64,000 nucleotides of DNA from a virus, in the IMG/VR virus record IMGVR_UViG_3300025536_000013, positions 1-64,000 of that record; one strand, given 5' to 3'. The notes below the pieces were generated by a model. The model had not been told where the DNA came from. It saw nothing but the letters and a program-made list of their open reading frames with translations, and ran no database searches. The position numbers and the translations under genes are program-made. Shown here in pieces: positions 8,641 through 16,990 of this stretch. Within the stretch, counting starts at the first letter, position 1, and every line of letters begins with the position of its first letter.

Positions 8641-8647
8641 ATTGCAG

Positions 8648-8795
8648 ATGAAACACCGCAGACGCAACCACATGGCCGACGTGGCGAAGCGCTGGCAGCC
8701 CAGCGACTCGCCCCATTACCATCCCTACGCGATGTGCTACGAGGACGCCGAATGGCAAATGCGGCTTGACCGCGAGGAGGCCGACCGTGGGTCCA
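8648..8795 (+). other. coding-like segment without its own nearby stop; possible frameshifted 5' part of the next gene
   Basis: GC3 is strong in the frame of ATG 8648/8672 (MADVAKRWQPSDSPHYHPYAMCYEDAEWQMRLDREEADRG). GC3 collapses after about 8790, where the +1 frame takes over. Confidence 0.3.
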
Positions 8796-9191
8796 AACGC
8801 GATGGTTTTCCTGCTGGTGATGTCGGTCCACAGAGGCGACATGCTGCCCCAGCACTGCCTCCCTTACCTCGACAGTCTGAGCCTCGACTATCCGAAGCGG
8901 TGCGAGGTGTACAGCGACTACCGGGCCAAGGTGAAGGACGAGGATTGGACGCCGGAGAGCGGGACATGGTGGAGATGCCAGCAAGCGACCCGCCTGTTCC
9001 TCCAGGACCAACCGCTGACCGACACCACCGCAACGGCGTATCTGCTCGGCCGCATGCAAGGTAGGAGCATCCTGTGGGGGCCGATACTGGGGGAGAACTG
9101 GTGCTGGCACAACGGTTGGCTGGATTCTCACTGGCTCCGGAAGATGGAGAAGCAGGATGCCGAACCCATACCCGCCCCGCAGCAGAATTGA
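8787..9191 (+). CDS. hypothetical protein with a GT2-like N-terminal segment
   Basis: AGGAGG lies 6 nt upstream of GTG 8787. VFLLVMSVHRGDMLPQHCLPYLDSLSLDYPKRCEVY resembles the N-terminus of GT-A enzymes. GC3 is high. Confidence 0.6.
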   Translation: MGPNAMVFLLVMSVHRGDMLPQHCLPYLDSLSLDYPKRCEVYSDYRAKVKDEDWTPESGTWWRCQQATRLFLQDQPLTDTTATAYLLGRMQGRSILWGPILGENWCWHNGWLDSHWLRKMEKQDAEPIPAPQQN

Positions 9192-9357
9192 GTGCGTCGG
9201 ACCCGGCTGCCACGCCATCACGAGCTGCGTGAGCGCCGTGAAAGAACGCTGGCAGTCGATGACCAAGCGGCAGTACCCGAAGCTGAACCAGCCGGAGTAT
9301 CTTGGGTGGTGCCGTCATTGCGCGGAGAAGTATGGGGTGGAGGTGGCGAAGCGATGA
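9157..9357 (+). CDS. small Cys-rich (zinc-binding-like) protein
   Basis: ECVGPGCH...CRHC is present. The stop overlaps the next start (ATGA at 9354). Confidence 0.55.
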   Translation: MPNPYPPRSRIECVGPGCHAITSCVSAVKERWQSMTKRQYPKLNQPEYLGWCRHCAEKYGVEVAKR

Positions 9358-9731
9358 ACGACTTCCTCATGCAAGCGACGGTGCTGCTGTTCGTGGCCTT
9401 CGTGTTCGCCTTCGCCTTGTTGTCGGTGTGGTCCGTATCGTTCTGGCTGGCCTCGGCGTTGTTCTCCTTGCTCAACGGACGACGCAAGCCGGATGAGCAC
9501 CAGCCCCGCAAGAAGAAGCGGACATGCCTGCTGCCACCTGACGAGGTGCAGCCGAAGTATGTGGTGTGGGGTCGACGAGAGACCCGCAAGCGCGTGACGC
9601 CCTGGGAGCCCTACTACGTGGGCGACGACCCGGCCATGTTGATCAGCGTTGCCCGTGAGCGCTATCCGGCCCACAAGTACGGTCTGATCCTGCTGCAGAA
9701 CGACCACGACCCGGCGGAACAACGAGCATGA
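9354..9731 (+). CDS. membrane protein
   Basis: The N-terminus has hydrophobic segments LLFVAFVFAFALLSVWSVSFWLASALFSLL followed by a basic stretch. ATGA coupling is present at both ends. Confidence 0.6.
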   Translation: MNDFLMQATVLLFVAFVFAFALLSVWSVSFWLASALFSLLNGRRKPDEHQPRKKKRTCLLPPDEVQPKYVVWGRRETRKRVTPWEPYYVGDDPAMLISVARERYPAHKYGLILLQNDHDPAEQRA

Positions 9732-10126
9732 CCACCAAGCGTGAATTGCGGCACCGCATCGGCAAGCTGGAGAAGGCCCTGGCCACGGTCTCCAAGGAGT
9801 ACGTCGCCACGAAGAAGCAGCTGCACTACGCCATCAAGTGGCAGGACGCGTGGGAGCGTTTGAAACGCAAGCACCGCAAGGTCAAGGCCCGGCACGAGCA
9901 GACCATCGACCAGATCGAGGCGCTGGAGGAGACGATCCTGCTGCTGCGGAGCGAGCTGCGGAGCAACATCCACGTCACCCAGCTCCGGGGCGCGGTGGCG
10001 TCGGCCAAGATCAAGGAAGTGGAGCAACTGATTCCCAACGCCGGCCGGGTGGGCGCGGCGATGGTGTACGAGGACGAGCAGGAACGGGGTCGGACGAAGG
10101 AGAAGAGGTTCGGAGTGAAGGGGTAA
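9728..10126 (+). CDS. coiled-coil protein
   Basis: The ORF is 132 aa and K/E/R/L-rich with a heptad-like sequence. GC3 is high. Confidence 0.6.
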   Translation: MTTKRELRHRIGKLEKALATVSKEYVATKKQLHYAIKWQDAWERLKRKHRKVKARHEQTIDQIEALEETILLLRSELRSNIHVTQLRGAVASAKIKEVEQLIPNAGRVGAAMVYEDEQERGRTKEKRFGVKG

Positions 10127-10252
10127 ACCGTAGGCGGCGCAGAGCCGCTCAGCAGCAATAAGACGGGCCTGGAGGGGGAGTAGCTACCCCTGAGAGGCTG
10201 AACACTCGCTGGCCTGTTCAGGGGCTGCGAGCGGAGTTCCCGCGGATATTCC

Positions 10253-10283
10253 GTGGGCACCGCTTGCGGCCCCTTTTCGTTTT
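10253..10283 (+). terminator. possible intrinsic terminator
   Basis: An imperfect GC hairpin GGGCACCGC-TT-GCGGCCCC is followed by TTTTCGTTTT. It lies about 130 nt after the stop at 10126. Confidence 0.4.
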
Positions 10284-10494
10284 GACACACGGCTTGATTG
10301 CTGACATCCGGGCCGAGCGCACACCGGATGCTATAACGGCGCGGGAAGGGGGTTGTCACTTGCGAGCTATCCAAAAAGCACAAGCACGAGTCTCCGAGTC
10401 CAGGAAACTGGCCGTGGTCCCTCGTGTCATGAACGTTCCGGTCGGTGGTGTCAGTTATTTTGGGCAGGCTTACAAGTGGTGAGTCCGGCCGGGG

Positions 10495-12372
10495 ATGCTT
10501 GATTGCGTCTCCGGCGGACCCACACAAGCCTACGAAGAAGTTCTGCACATGAAATACTGGGCAGGCATCGCAGTGAGATGCTGGGAACGAGAGGTGGCTG
10601 GCGGCGAGGCACCCAAGCTCGGCGACCTGAGCCCGAAGGAGACGGCCGAGAAGAAGATCCTGGCCAAGTGCAAGTCGCTCAACTACGACGGCCGCACCAC
10701 GCGGCTGGAGCTGCACAAGCACCTGAGCCACCAGAAGGAGATCCGCCGCCGCAGCTACCGGCCGCTGAACAAGGCGCTGGGCGGTCCACAGGAGCACGAG
10801 GAGTTCACGGCGTGGGAGTACGACCATCCCATCGTGGACCTGTTCCGGGTGCCGAACAACCTGGATTGCAGCTCCGATCTGTGGGGCTACTCGGTGCTGT
10901 TCTACCTGCTGACGGGAGAGCTGCACTGGTGGGTCATCCGCAACGAGTACCGCGTGCCGGTCGAGGTCTGGGTCATCCCCAGCCACTGGATCGTGCGCAA
11001 GGCGGTCACCGACGGCGAGGGCCGGCCGGTTAGCATGCTCGTGCAGAACCCGTGGGGCCAGATGCAGGCCATTCCCTACGACGACGTGCTCTCGTTCTAC
11101 GACCTGAGCCCGCTCAACCGCTACGAGGGCTGGTCCGTCAACCACATGGTGGCGGAGTGGATCGACGCCTACGAGACGATGCTCCGATCCCGGCTGGCGC
11201 AGAACGTCAACGGCGGCATCCCGGCGTTCCACGTGTCCCTCTCCGACGAGTACGTGGACCCCGACGAGGCGATGCTGAACCGCTACTACGCCAAGTGGTT
11301 CGCCCGGTTCCAAGGTCCGGACAACGCGGGCAAGCCGCTCATCACCGGCCCCGGCGTCGAGGTCAAGGCGCTGTCCATCAGCCCGGTGGACATGGACTAC
11401 GTCAACACGGAGAACCAGTTCCGCGACATGATCCTGGGAGCCTACGGCGTGCCCAAGGGCGTCGTCGGCCTGGAGCCCTCCAGCGACGTATCGGCCTACG
11501 CACCGCAGCGGCAGTTCCTGCGATTCGCGGTCAATCCGTTCCTCGGCAAGCTGGGCCAGCGCATCACGCACGGGCTCATCCGGCGGACGCCCAACTGCGG
11601 CCAGGGTGTGTGCTTCTGGGACGACCGCGTCATCGACGATCCGGAGGCGATCCGCGCAGAGGAGAAGCACCTGTGGGAGACGGGTGCCATCGCGCCGGAC
11701 GAGATCCGCAACCGGCACGGCATGGAGCCCTGGCCCTTCGGCGGCGACGACCCGTGGATGAACGGCGTGGAGCTGCCCTGGGCGACCGGAGCCAAGCACG
11801 GCGACGAGCTGGAGCTGGACGAGAGCATGGGCCGGGCCGAGCGTGGTCAGATGGAGCTGGCCCCGGTGGATTCCAGCCCTGAGGACCAGCCGCTGATCGT
11901 GGACAACGACGAGAAGGCGGTGGACGAGGAGCCGGCAGCGGCACCGGCAGCCAAGCTCCGCTGGTTCCGCACCCGCGACGGCGACCTGTCGGCACGGGGC
12001 GAGAGCGGCAAGTGGTACATCGAACGCAAGCGCCGCAAGGACGGCAAGGTGGGGTACGTCATGCACCACACCAAGCCTGCAGAGAAGGACCAGTACGAGT
12101 TCGACGCCGACCTGGCCTGCGGCATCCTGAAGGAGCTGGCCGAGAAGGAGGAGAGCAAGGCGCTGGGCGAGTCCTCCGGTGCTGCTGGCGGCTACGCGGT
12201 GCCCGTCGAGCAGCCACCGGACCAGGTGCAGAAGGCATTGGCTTACCACATGTCCGAGCAGCAGAAGCTTGACCACAACGCTCAGATGACCGACCTGCTC
12301 AAGCGTCGTGGATTGATCCTCGGCGGGCGGAGCATGGTCATGGGCAACGGGAGCACCAATGGCAAGCACTAG
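10495..12372 (+). CDS. phage portal protein (HK97 family)
   Basis: ...FQGPDNAGKPLITGPGVEVKALSISPVDMDYVNTENQFRDMILGAYGVPKGVVGL... matches the Phage_portal core. An alternative start is ATG 10549. Confidence 0.85.
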   Translation: MLDCVSGGPTQAYEEVLHMKYWAGIAVRCWEREVAGGEAPKLGDLSPKETAEKKILAKCKSLNYDGRTTRLELHKHLSHQKEIRRRSYRPLNKALGGPQEHEEFTAWEYDHPIVDLFRVPNNLDCSSDLWGYSVLFYLLTGELHWWVIRNEYRVPVEVWVIPSHWIVRKAVTDGEGRPVSMLVQNPWGQMQAIPYDDVLSFYDLSPLNRYEGWSVNHMVAEWIDAYETMLRSRLAQNVNGGIPAFHVSLSDEYVDPDEAMLNRYYAKWFARFQGPDNAGKPLITGPGVEVKALSISPVDMDYVNTENQFRDMILGAYGVPKGVVGLEPSSDVSAYAPQRQFLRFAVNPFLGKLGQRITHGLIRRTPNCGQGVCFWDDRVIDDPEAIRAEEKHLWETGAIAPDEIRNRHGMEPWPFGGDDPWMNGVELPWATGAKHGDELELDESMGRAERGQMELAPVDSSPEDQPLIVDNDEKAVDEEPAAAPAAKLRWFRTRDGDLSARGESGKWYIERKRRKDGKVGYVMHHTKPAEKDQYEFDADLACGILKELAEKEESKALGESSGAAGGYAVPVEQPPDQVQKALAYHMSEQQKLDHNAQMTDLLKRRGLILGGRSMVMGNGSTNGKH

Positions 12373-13153
12373 GTTGGAAGTGGAACTGCTCGAAGCCCGC
12401 TGCGTGCTGAACGCGGCCCTTGACCTGGGCACCATCGGCCCGCGCATCGACTACGGCCCCGCCGTGGACGTGCAGTGGGGCGACCCGGTGCCACTGGCAT
12501 CCATGCCCGCTCCCGGTGCGTGGGCAACGAACGGCATCCCGTATCTGGAGGAGTACGACTATTGGTCCCTGCCGCCAGCACTGACGCAGGTGGACGTGTG
12601 GAGCGGTCAGTGGCCGACCTACGTTGGATTGGGCGAGTTCGACCTGGCTCACTTCCACTTGGCAGCCGGGGAGATCAACTACGATTTTGCCTCCCTCCAG
12701 CGGTTCACCCTGCCGCACGCCCAGAGCGTCGGCCTGAGTCTCAGTGGCGGCAGCGTGACGGTCTACCAGGTGGCCTTGGGCTCACTGTGGAGCACGAGCA
12801 CGGCCGATGAGGGGCTGACGTGGGGCGGCTGGCAGCAGGTGGTGAGCCTGAGTAACCCGCCCGCCCCGACCGGCCCCGCTCCAAGCATGGCACCGTTCGG
12901 CTGGCTGGCGGACATGGACGCCTACGAGCCAGGACCGGACTTCGACGGCGACGGCATGGCGGACGCGCCGGGCATCGAGCATCCGCTCTCTGTCTACGGG
13001 ACCATTCTCGCTCAAGACGGCGTGATCCGCGTCGGCTTCGAGTGGAATGGAGAACGCTTCTCCGGGCTGGTGACGGACGGCACGCTCACGACGGAAGCGG
13101 TGGATGCGTTCTTCCTGGAAGGCGACTGGGTGGATGAAGTGGAGGTATGGTGA
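12359..13153 (+). CDS. hypothetical protein with a Planctomycete-style LE..R leader and a DxDGDG motif
   Basis: GGGAG lies 6 nt upstream of the ATG. The N-terminus is RLEVELLEARCVLNAA. FDGDGMAD is a calcium-binding-like loop. Confidence 0.6.
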   Translation: MASTRLEVELLEARCVLNAALDLGTIGPRIDYGPAVDVQWGDPVPLASMPAPGAWATNGIPYLEEYDYWSLPPALTQVDVWSGQWPTYVGLGEFDLAHFHLAAGEINYDFASLQRFTLPHAQSVGLSLSGGSVTVYQVALGSLWSTSTADEGLTWGGWQQVVSLSNPPAPTGPAPSMAPFGWLADMDAYEPGPDFDGDGMADAPGIEHPLSVYGTILAQDGVIRVGFEWNGERFSGLVTDGTLTTEAVDAFFLEGDWVDEVEVW

Positions 13154-14040
13154 TGAGCGACGACGACCTGAACGGCTATGCCCCGATTCTGAAGGCGATG
13201 GAGAGCTGGAAGGACGCCGGCGTGCTGGACGCTCCGGCACGGTTGGATGCCCTGTCCAAGAGCCTGCGTACGGTGGGTGATCGGAATGCCGAGCTGGCGG
13301 TGACCGTCCGCAACCTGACCGTCGATAACGAGCAGTTGCGTGCCGACTTGGACCAGCAACGGAAGAGCGCATCGTCGGTCGAGAAGGAACTCGCAGAGCT
13401 GCGAGGAATCGTCAAGACCATAGAAAGCCGTCCAGCGCAGGCGCCGGTCCAAGGAGGTGCAACGACCTTGAACATGTCCGTGTCTGGTTTGGCCGAGCAG
13501 CTGGGGGAAGTGCTGACGAAGAGCGTTGCTGATGTCGTCGCCAAGGCGATGACGCAAGCGGGTGCCCCCGTCGTCCAGGTGCCAACAGGAGAGCTTGCGG
13601 CGGAGGTCGCCAAAGGTCTCGGAGAAGCACTCGGTCCGATGCTCAAAGCAGCGTTCGACCGTCCGGAGCCGCAGCCGTTGCCAGCCCCAAATGTGCAGGT
13701 GGACGGTGCCCAGGTGTTCGTGGATATGGCGCAAGTGGCCAAGGCCGTCGCCGCCGTCCACAAGTCGCTGGAGACTATCCACGAGCGTGCCCAGCAACCG
13801 CCGCAAGTCAACTTCGACGCTTCGGCCATCGTGGACGCCGTGGGCATCGTAGGCCGGATGATGATGCAACTGGAGAAGGCCATCGACCGCATGCAACCAC
13901 CGGACCTGACGCCGGTGCTCAAGCGGATCGACGAGGGCAACGCCGCGATGCAGAAGGTACTGGCCGAGCGGAACCGCCCCAAGCAGAAGCGCATCAGTCA
14001 CGATCCCAACACCGGAGACCTGATCGTCAACGAGGAGTAA
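13147..14040 (+). CDS. coiled-coil protein, scaffold-like by position
   Basis: GGAGG precedes the ATG. A long heptad-rich N-terminal half lies between the portal and a capsid gene. Confidence 0.5.
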   Translation: MVMSDDDLNGYAPILKAMESWKDAGVLDAPARLDALSKSLRTVGDRNAELAVTVRNLTVDNEQLRADLDQQRKSASSVEKELAELRGIVKTIESRPAQAPVQGGATTLNMSVSGLAEQLGEVLTKSVADVVAKAMTQAGAPVVQVPTGELAAEVAKGLGEALGPMLKAAFDRPEPQPLPAPNVQVDGAQVFVDMAQVAKAVAAVHKSLETIHERAQQPPQVNFDASAIVDAVGIVGRMMMQLEKAIDRMQPPDLTPVLKRIDEGNAAMQKVLAERNRPKQKRISHDPNTGDLIVNEE

Positions 14041-14045
14041 GCAAC

Positions 14046-14903
14046 GTGAGCAAGCCGATGGTGTTCGTCGCCCTGCCGGAGTACGGGGGGTTGGTTTCAC
14101 CGGACAGCAGAGAGGCATACTATTGCCGGTCGGACAAAGACAGTCGCTACATTCACGCGGTGTTCCGGCATCAGGGCAGCCTGCTGGCGAATTGTTTCAA
14201 CCACTGCTGGTGCAAGTTCGCCAACTCGATGCACATGTTCGACTACTTCGTCATGCTGCACAGTGACGTGGCCCCTTCAGACGACTGGATGCGCGTCCTC
14301 ATCGCGGAGCTGGAAGCGAGCGGCTACGACCTGATGCACGCCGTCAGCCCGATCAAAGACCGGGACGGCATGAGCAGCACGGCGTTGGGCCACAGCGGCA
14401 AGGATCGCAGGTTCGAGAGCAAGAGACGCATCGCCCTGCACGAAGCTAAGGTGATGCTGCCGGACACGTTCGGCACGGAGCAAGCACTGGCCGTCCTCGG
14501 CACCGACGGCTTCGATCCAGTGGACGATCTGTGCCTGATGCCCAACACCGGCTGCATGGTCATCAGGAGGTCGGAGAAGTGGCGAGAGTTCCCCGGCTTC
14601 CAGATTCACGACGCCCTGGTGCGGACAAGCGAGGGTGAGTTGGAGCCGGCGGTGATGCCGGAGGACTGGGAGCTGGGGGCGTGGTGCCATCGCAACGGGC
14701 TGCGAGTGGGTGCCACGACGAAGGTGGACGTGCGACATGCGGCGGTGACGTGGTACGACAGCACGCAGCAATGGGGATATAAGACTGACCCGGTGTTCTT
14801 CCGCGACCGTACCAATGGCAAGCAGGTGACGAAGCATGGCAACCAGCGGCATCAAGTGGTACGAGCCGAACCCGTTGACGACGATGCTCTCGTCCGGGCT
14901 TGA
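14046..14903 (+). CDS. GT-A-like putative glycosyltransferase, paralog 1
   Basis: Segments shared with 28932 and 38612 are GSLLANCFN, FVMLHSDVAP, MSSTALG, LMPNTGCMVIRR and PEDWELGAWCHRNGLRVGATT. Confidence 0.6.
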   Translation: MSKPMVFVALPEYGGLVSPDSREAYYCRSDKDSRYIHAVFRHQGSLLANCFNHCWCKFANSMHMFDYFVMLHSDVAPSDDWMRVLIAELEASGYDLMHAVSPIKDRDGMSSTALGHSGKDRRFESKRRIALHEAKVMLPDTFGTEQALAVLGTDGFDPVDDLCLMPNTGCMVIRRSEKWREFPGFQIHDALVRTSEGELEPAVMPEDWELGAWCHRNGLRVGATTKVDVRHAAVTWYDSTQQWGYKTDPVFFRDRTNGKQVTKHGNQRHQVVRAEPVDDDALVRA

Positions 14904-15294
14904 CGGCCTGGCCAATGGGGTCAGCAACCAGAGCAGCACCTACAACAACGCTAGCCTGCTCGACACGTTCGCGGACTTTCAGTTGCAAGCCGCCTATGCT
15001 GCCGCCGTGGTGCCCGGCACGAAGGTGGCCGAGCTGTACCTGCTGCCAATGGTGGATGGGAGCACGCTGCCAACGCTCAACACCAACGGCGTGCCGCAAG
15101 CGAGCCTGCTGGTGGCGGCGTTCCAGAGCGTTCTTGGCACCACGGGAGTGGTGGAGACGCTGGACGCTCCGGGCGTGACCATCCCGCCAGGCAACTTCCG
15201 CATCCTGCTCCGCAACACCAGCGGGCAGGCGTTCCAGGCTAGCAACATCGCCAAGACGGTGAAGATGCAGCCGTATCAGACGGGAGTTGGTTAG
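14836..15294 (+). CDS. hypothetical virion-module protein
   Basis: GC3 is high and the composition is protein-like. The start is uncertain (ATG 14836 or 14884; it overlaps the previous gene). Confidence 0.5.
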   Translation: MATSGIKWYEPNPLTTMLSSGLDGLANGVSNQSSTYNNASLLDTFADFQLQAAYAAAVVPGTKVAELYLLPMVDGSTLPTLNTNGVPQASLLVAAFQSVLGTTGVVETLDAPGVTIPPGNFRILLRNTSGQAFQASNIAKTVKMQPYQTGVG

Positions 15295-16127
15295 TGAAGA
15301 ATCTGAGCCTGTTCACGCTGACTCCTAATCGAGGTTCGCAGCGACCGCTGTGGCCGTTCACAGTCAACCGCAAGTCGGTGCAGGCCCAGTTCTTGTCACT
15401 CTGGTATCCGTTCTGGGAGTCAGTCGGCACGGAGATCCACCCGCTTGCCGGTAGCTCGCCTGGAAACTTTGCCGGCACGAATCCGACATGGACCAGCTAC
15501 CCCGAACAGTTGCTGGCCCTCAACTTTACGAACGGGGAGGTGCTAGCAGCACAGGCAGAGGACACAGCTCCGCCGAGCGGCAGGATCACGGTCAGTTGTT
15601 GGGTGCAGACGGCGACTTCCAACATCGTGGCCGTGGACAAGGGGCACACTGGTGGAGTGAGCGACTCGTACCAACTGTATCTGTTCAACGCCACGACGGC
15701 ACGCTTCACCGTTCGCAACGATGCCAACAGGACTCTCTCTGCCACGATACCGAACGCCAACGATGGCAACTGGCATCACTGGGTGGGTACTTGGGATGGG
15801 ACAACCCAGCGGCTCTACTGGGATGGTTTGCTCCGAGGTGCTGCCGTGCCCGGTGGTATTCCCGGCATCCAGTACACGGGCCTGAACCTGCACATCGGCC
15901 GCAACGAAGGAGCTGGATTCGGTTGGGTCGGGCCGATGGCCGACTTCCGCATCTACAGCGAAGCGTTGCCCACTCCGGTGGTGTGGGAGATGTTCGACCC
16001 GCTTACCCGCTATGACTTGTACCAGCCCATGCGGCAGCGGTCTTTCAGCTTCTCGGCTCCAGCAGCACAGACGTTCAACCCAAGCTGGGTTCAGCCCGGA
16101 GTCGTGATCGGTGGAGGCTGTCACTGA
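15294..16127 (+). CDS. LamG / concanavalin-A-like lectin domain protein
   Basis: ITVSCWVQT...GNWHHWVGTWDGTTQRLYWDGLL...ADFRIYSEAL is the typical Laminin_G_3 pattern. Confidence 0.7.
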   Translation: MKNLSLFTLTPNRGSQRPLWPFTVNRKSVQAQFLSLWYPFWESVGTEIHPLAGSSPGNFAGTNPTWTSYPEQLLALNFTNGEVLAAQAEDTAPPSGRITVSCWVQTATSNIVAVDKGHTGGVSDSYQLYLFNATTARFTVRNDANRTLSATIPNANDGNWHHWVGTWDGTTQRLYWDGLLRGAAVPGGIPGIQYTGLNLHIGRNEGAGFGWVGPMADFRIYSEALPTPVVWEMFDPLTRYDLYQPMRQRSFSFSAPAAQTFNPSWVQPGVVIGGGCH

Positions 16128-16756
16128 TGTATGTCAAGAATCTGGCCTCCCAGTTCCTTGGATTCTGCCTCGTCAACGCCAGCGACGGCTCGGCGCTGAC
16201 CGGGGCGACCGTGACGGCGGTCCGCTCCATCGACGGCGGAGCGCAGGCTGCTGCCACCGGCACCGTGTCCGAGCTGGGCGGCGGGCAGTACGTGCTCGCC
16301 CTGAGCCAGGCCGACACGAACGGCAACGACATCAGCTTCATGTTCACGGCGACGAACGCGGTGCCGGTGGAGAAGACCATCGTCACCACTAACAGTGGCA
16401 ACCTTGGCATCGAGGCGGCGGTGCTGGCCGACGCGGTGGCCCACGGCGGTGCGACGGCGACGTTGACGATGAACACCTGGACGGTGAGCGGAGCATTCAC
16501 GGCGGCGAACAACAGCAACGACATCGACCTGGGGACGGCGGAGCGTGCTCTGATCGCGGCGGCGGTGATGGCCAGCACGGTGGAGACGGGCATCAGCCTG
16601 ACGCAAGCCGTGCAGATCATCGGAGCCACCACGGCAGGCAAGTCCACGGGCGGTCCGGCCAACCCAATCTTCGTGGGCCTCGACGGCAGCACGACGCGGG
16701 TCAGCGGCACGGCCGACGCCGACGGCAACCGCAGCGTGGCCACCTACAACGTGTAA
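16127..16756 (+). CDS. hypothetical virion-module protein
   Basis: GGAGG lies upstream. ATG overlaps the previous stop. The sequence is A/T/G-rich and beta-like. Confidence 0.6.
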   Translation: MYVKNLASQFLGFCLVNASDGSALTGATVTAVRSIDGGAQAAATGTVSELGGGQYVLALSQADTNGNDISFMFTATNAVPVEKTIVTTNSGNLGIEAAVLADAVAHGGATATLTMNTWTVSGAFTAANNSNDIDLGTAERALIAAAVMASTVETGISLTQAVQIIGATTAGKSTGGPANPIFVGLDGSTTRVSGTADADGNRSVATYNV

Positions 16757-16768
16757 CGGAGGCAGCTG

Positions 16769-16990
16769 ATGGCCGCTCAGGGTGGGTACTGGTACGCCGG
16801 GCGTTGGTGGGCAAGCAACTGGTGGGAGAGCAACTGGTTCAACGGCGACCAGAGCGCGACTCCCAGCGGCGACGGTGAAGCAGCTGCCCTCGTCTGGGAG
16901 CTGAGACGCCGCAAGCGTAAACAACCGGAACAGATCACACGCATCCAGCTGCCGCCCCTCGCGGCGCTGCTCGCAGCACTGGAGGATTAG
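16769..16990 (+). CDS. small Trp-rich protein
   Basis: GGAGG lies 6 nt upstream. The sequence contains YWYAGRWWASNWWESNWF. Confidence 0.5.
   Translation: MAAQGGYWYAGRWWASNWWESNWFNGDQSATPSGDGEAAALVWELRRRKRKQPEQITRIQLPPLAALLAALED

Noticed and set aside
9826-12447. 873-aa ORF on the - strand opposite the portal gene
   Set aside because: The composition is R/A/G/P/L/V-rich, typical of antisense frames in high-GC DNA. It has no SD. The + strand frame carries a clear portal signature and the GC3 bias.
12359-13153. Interpreting FDGDGMAD as a dockerin or thrombospondin-type repeat domain
   Set aside because: There is a single short motif with no second repeat or flanking conserved residues. I noted it only as a calcium-binding-like loop.
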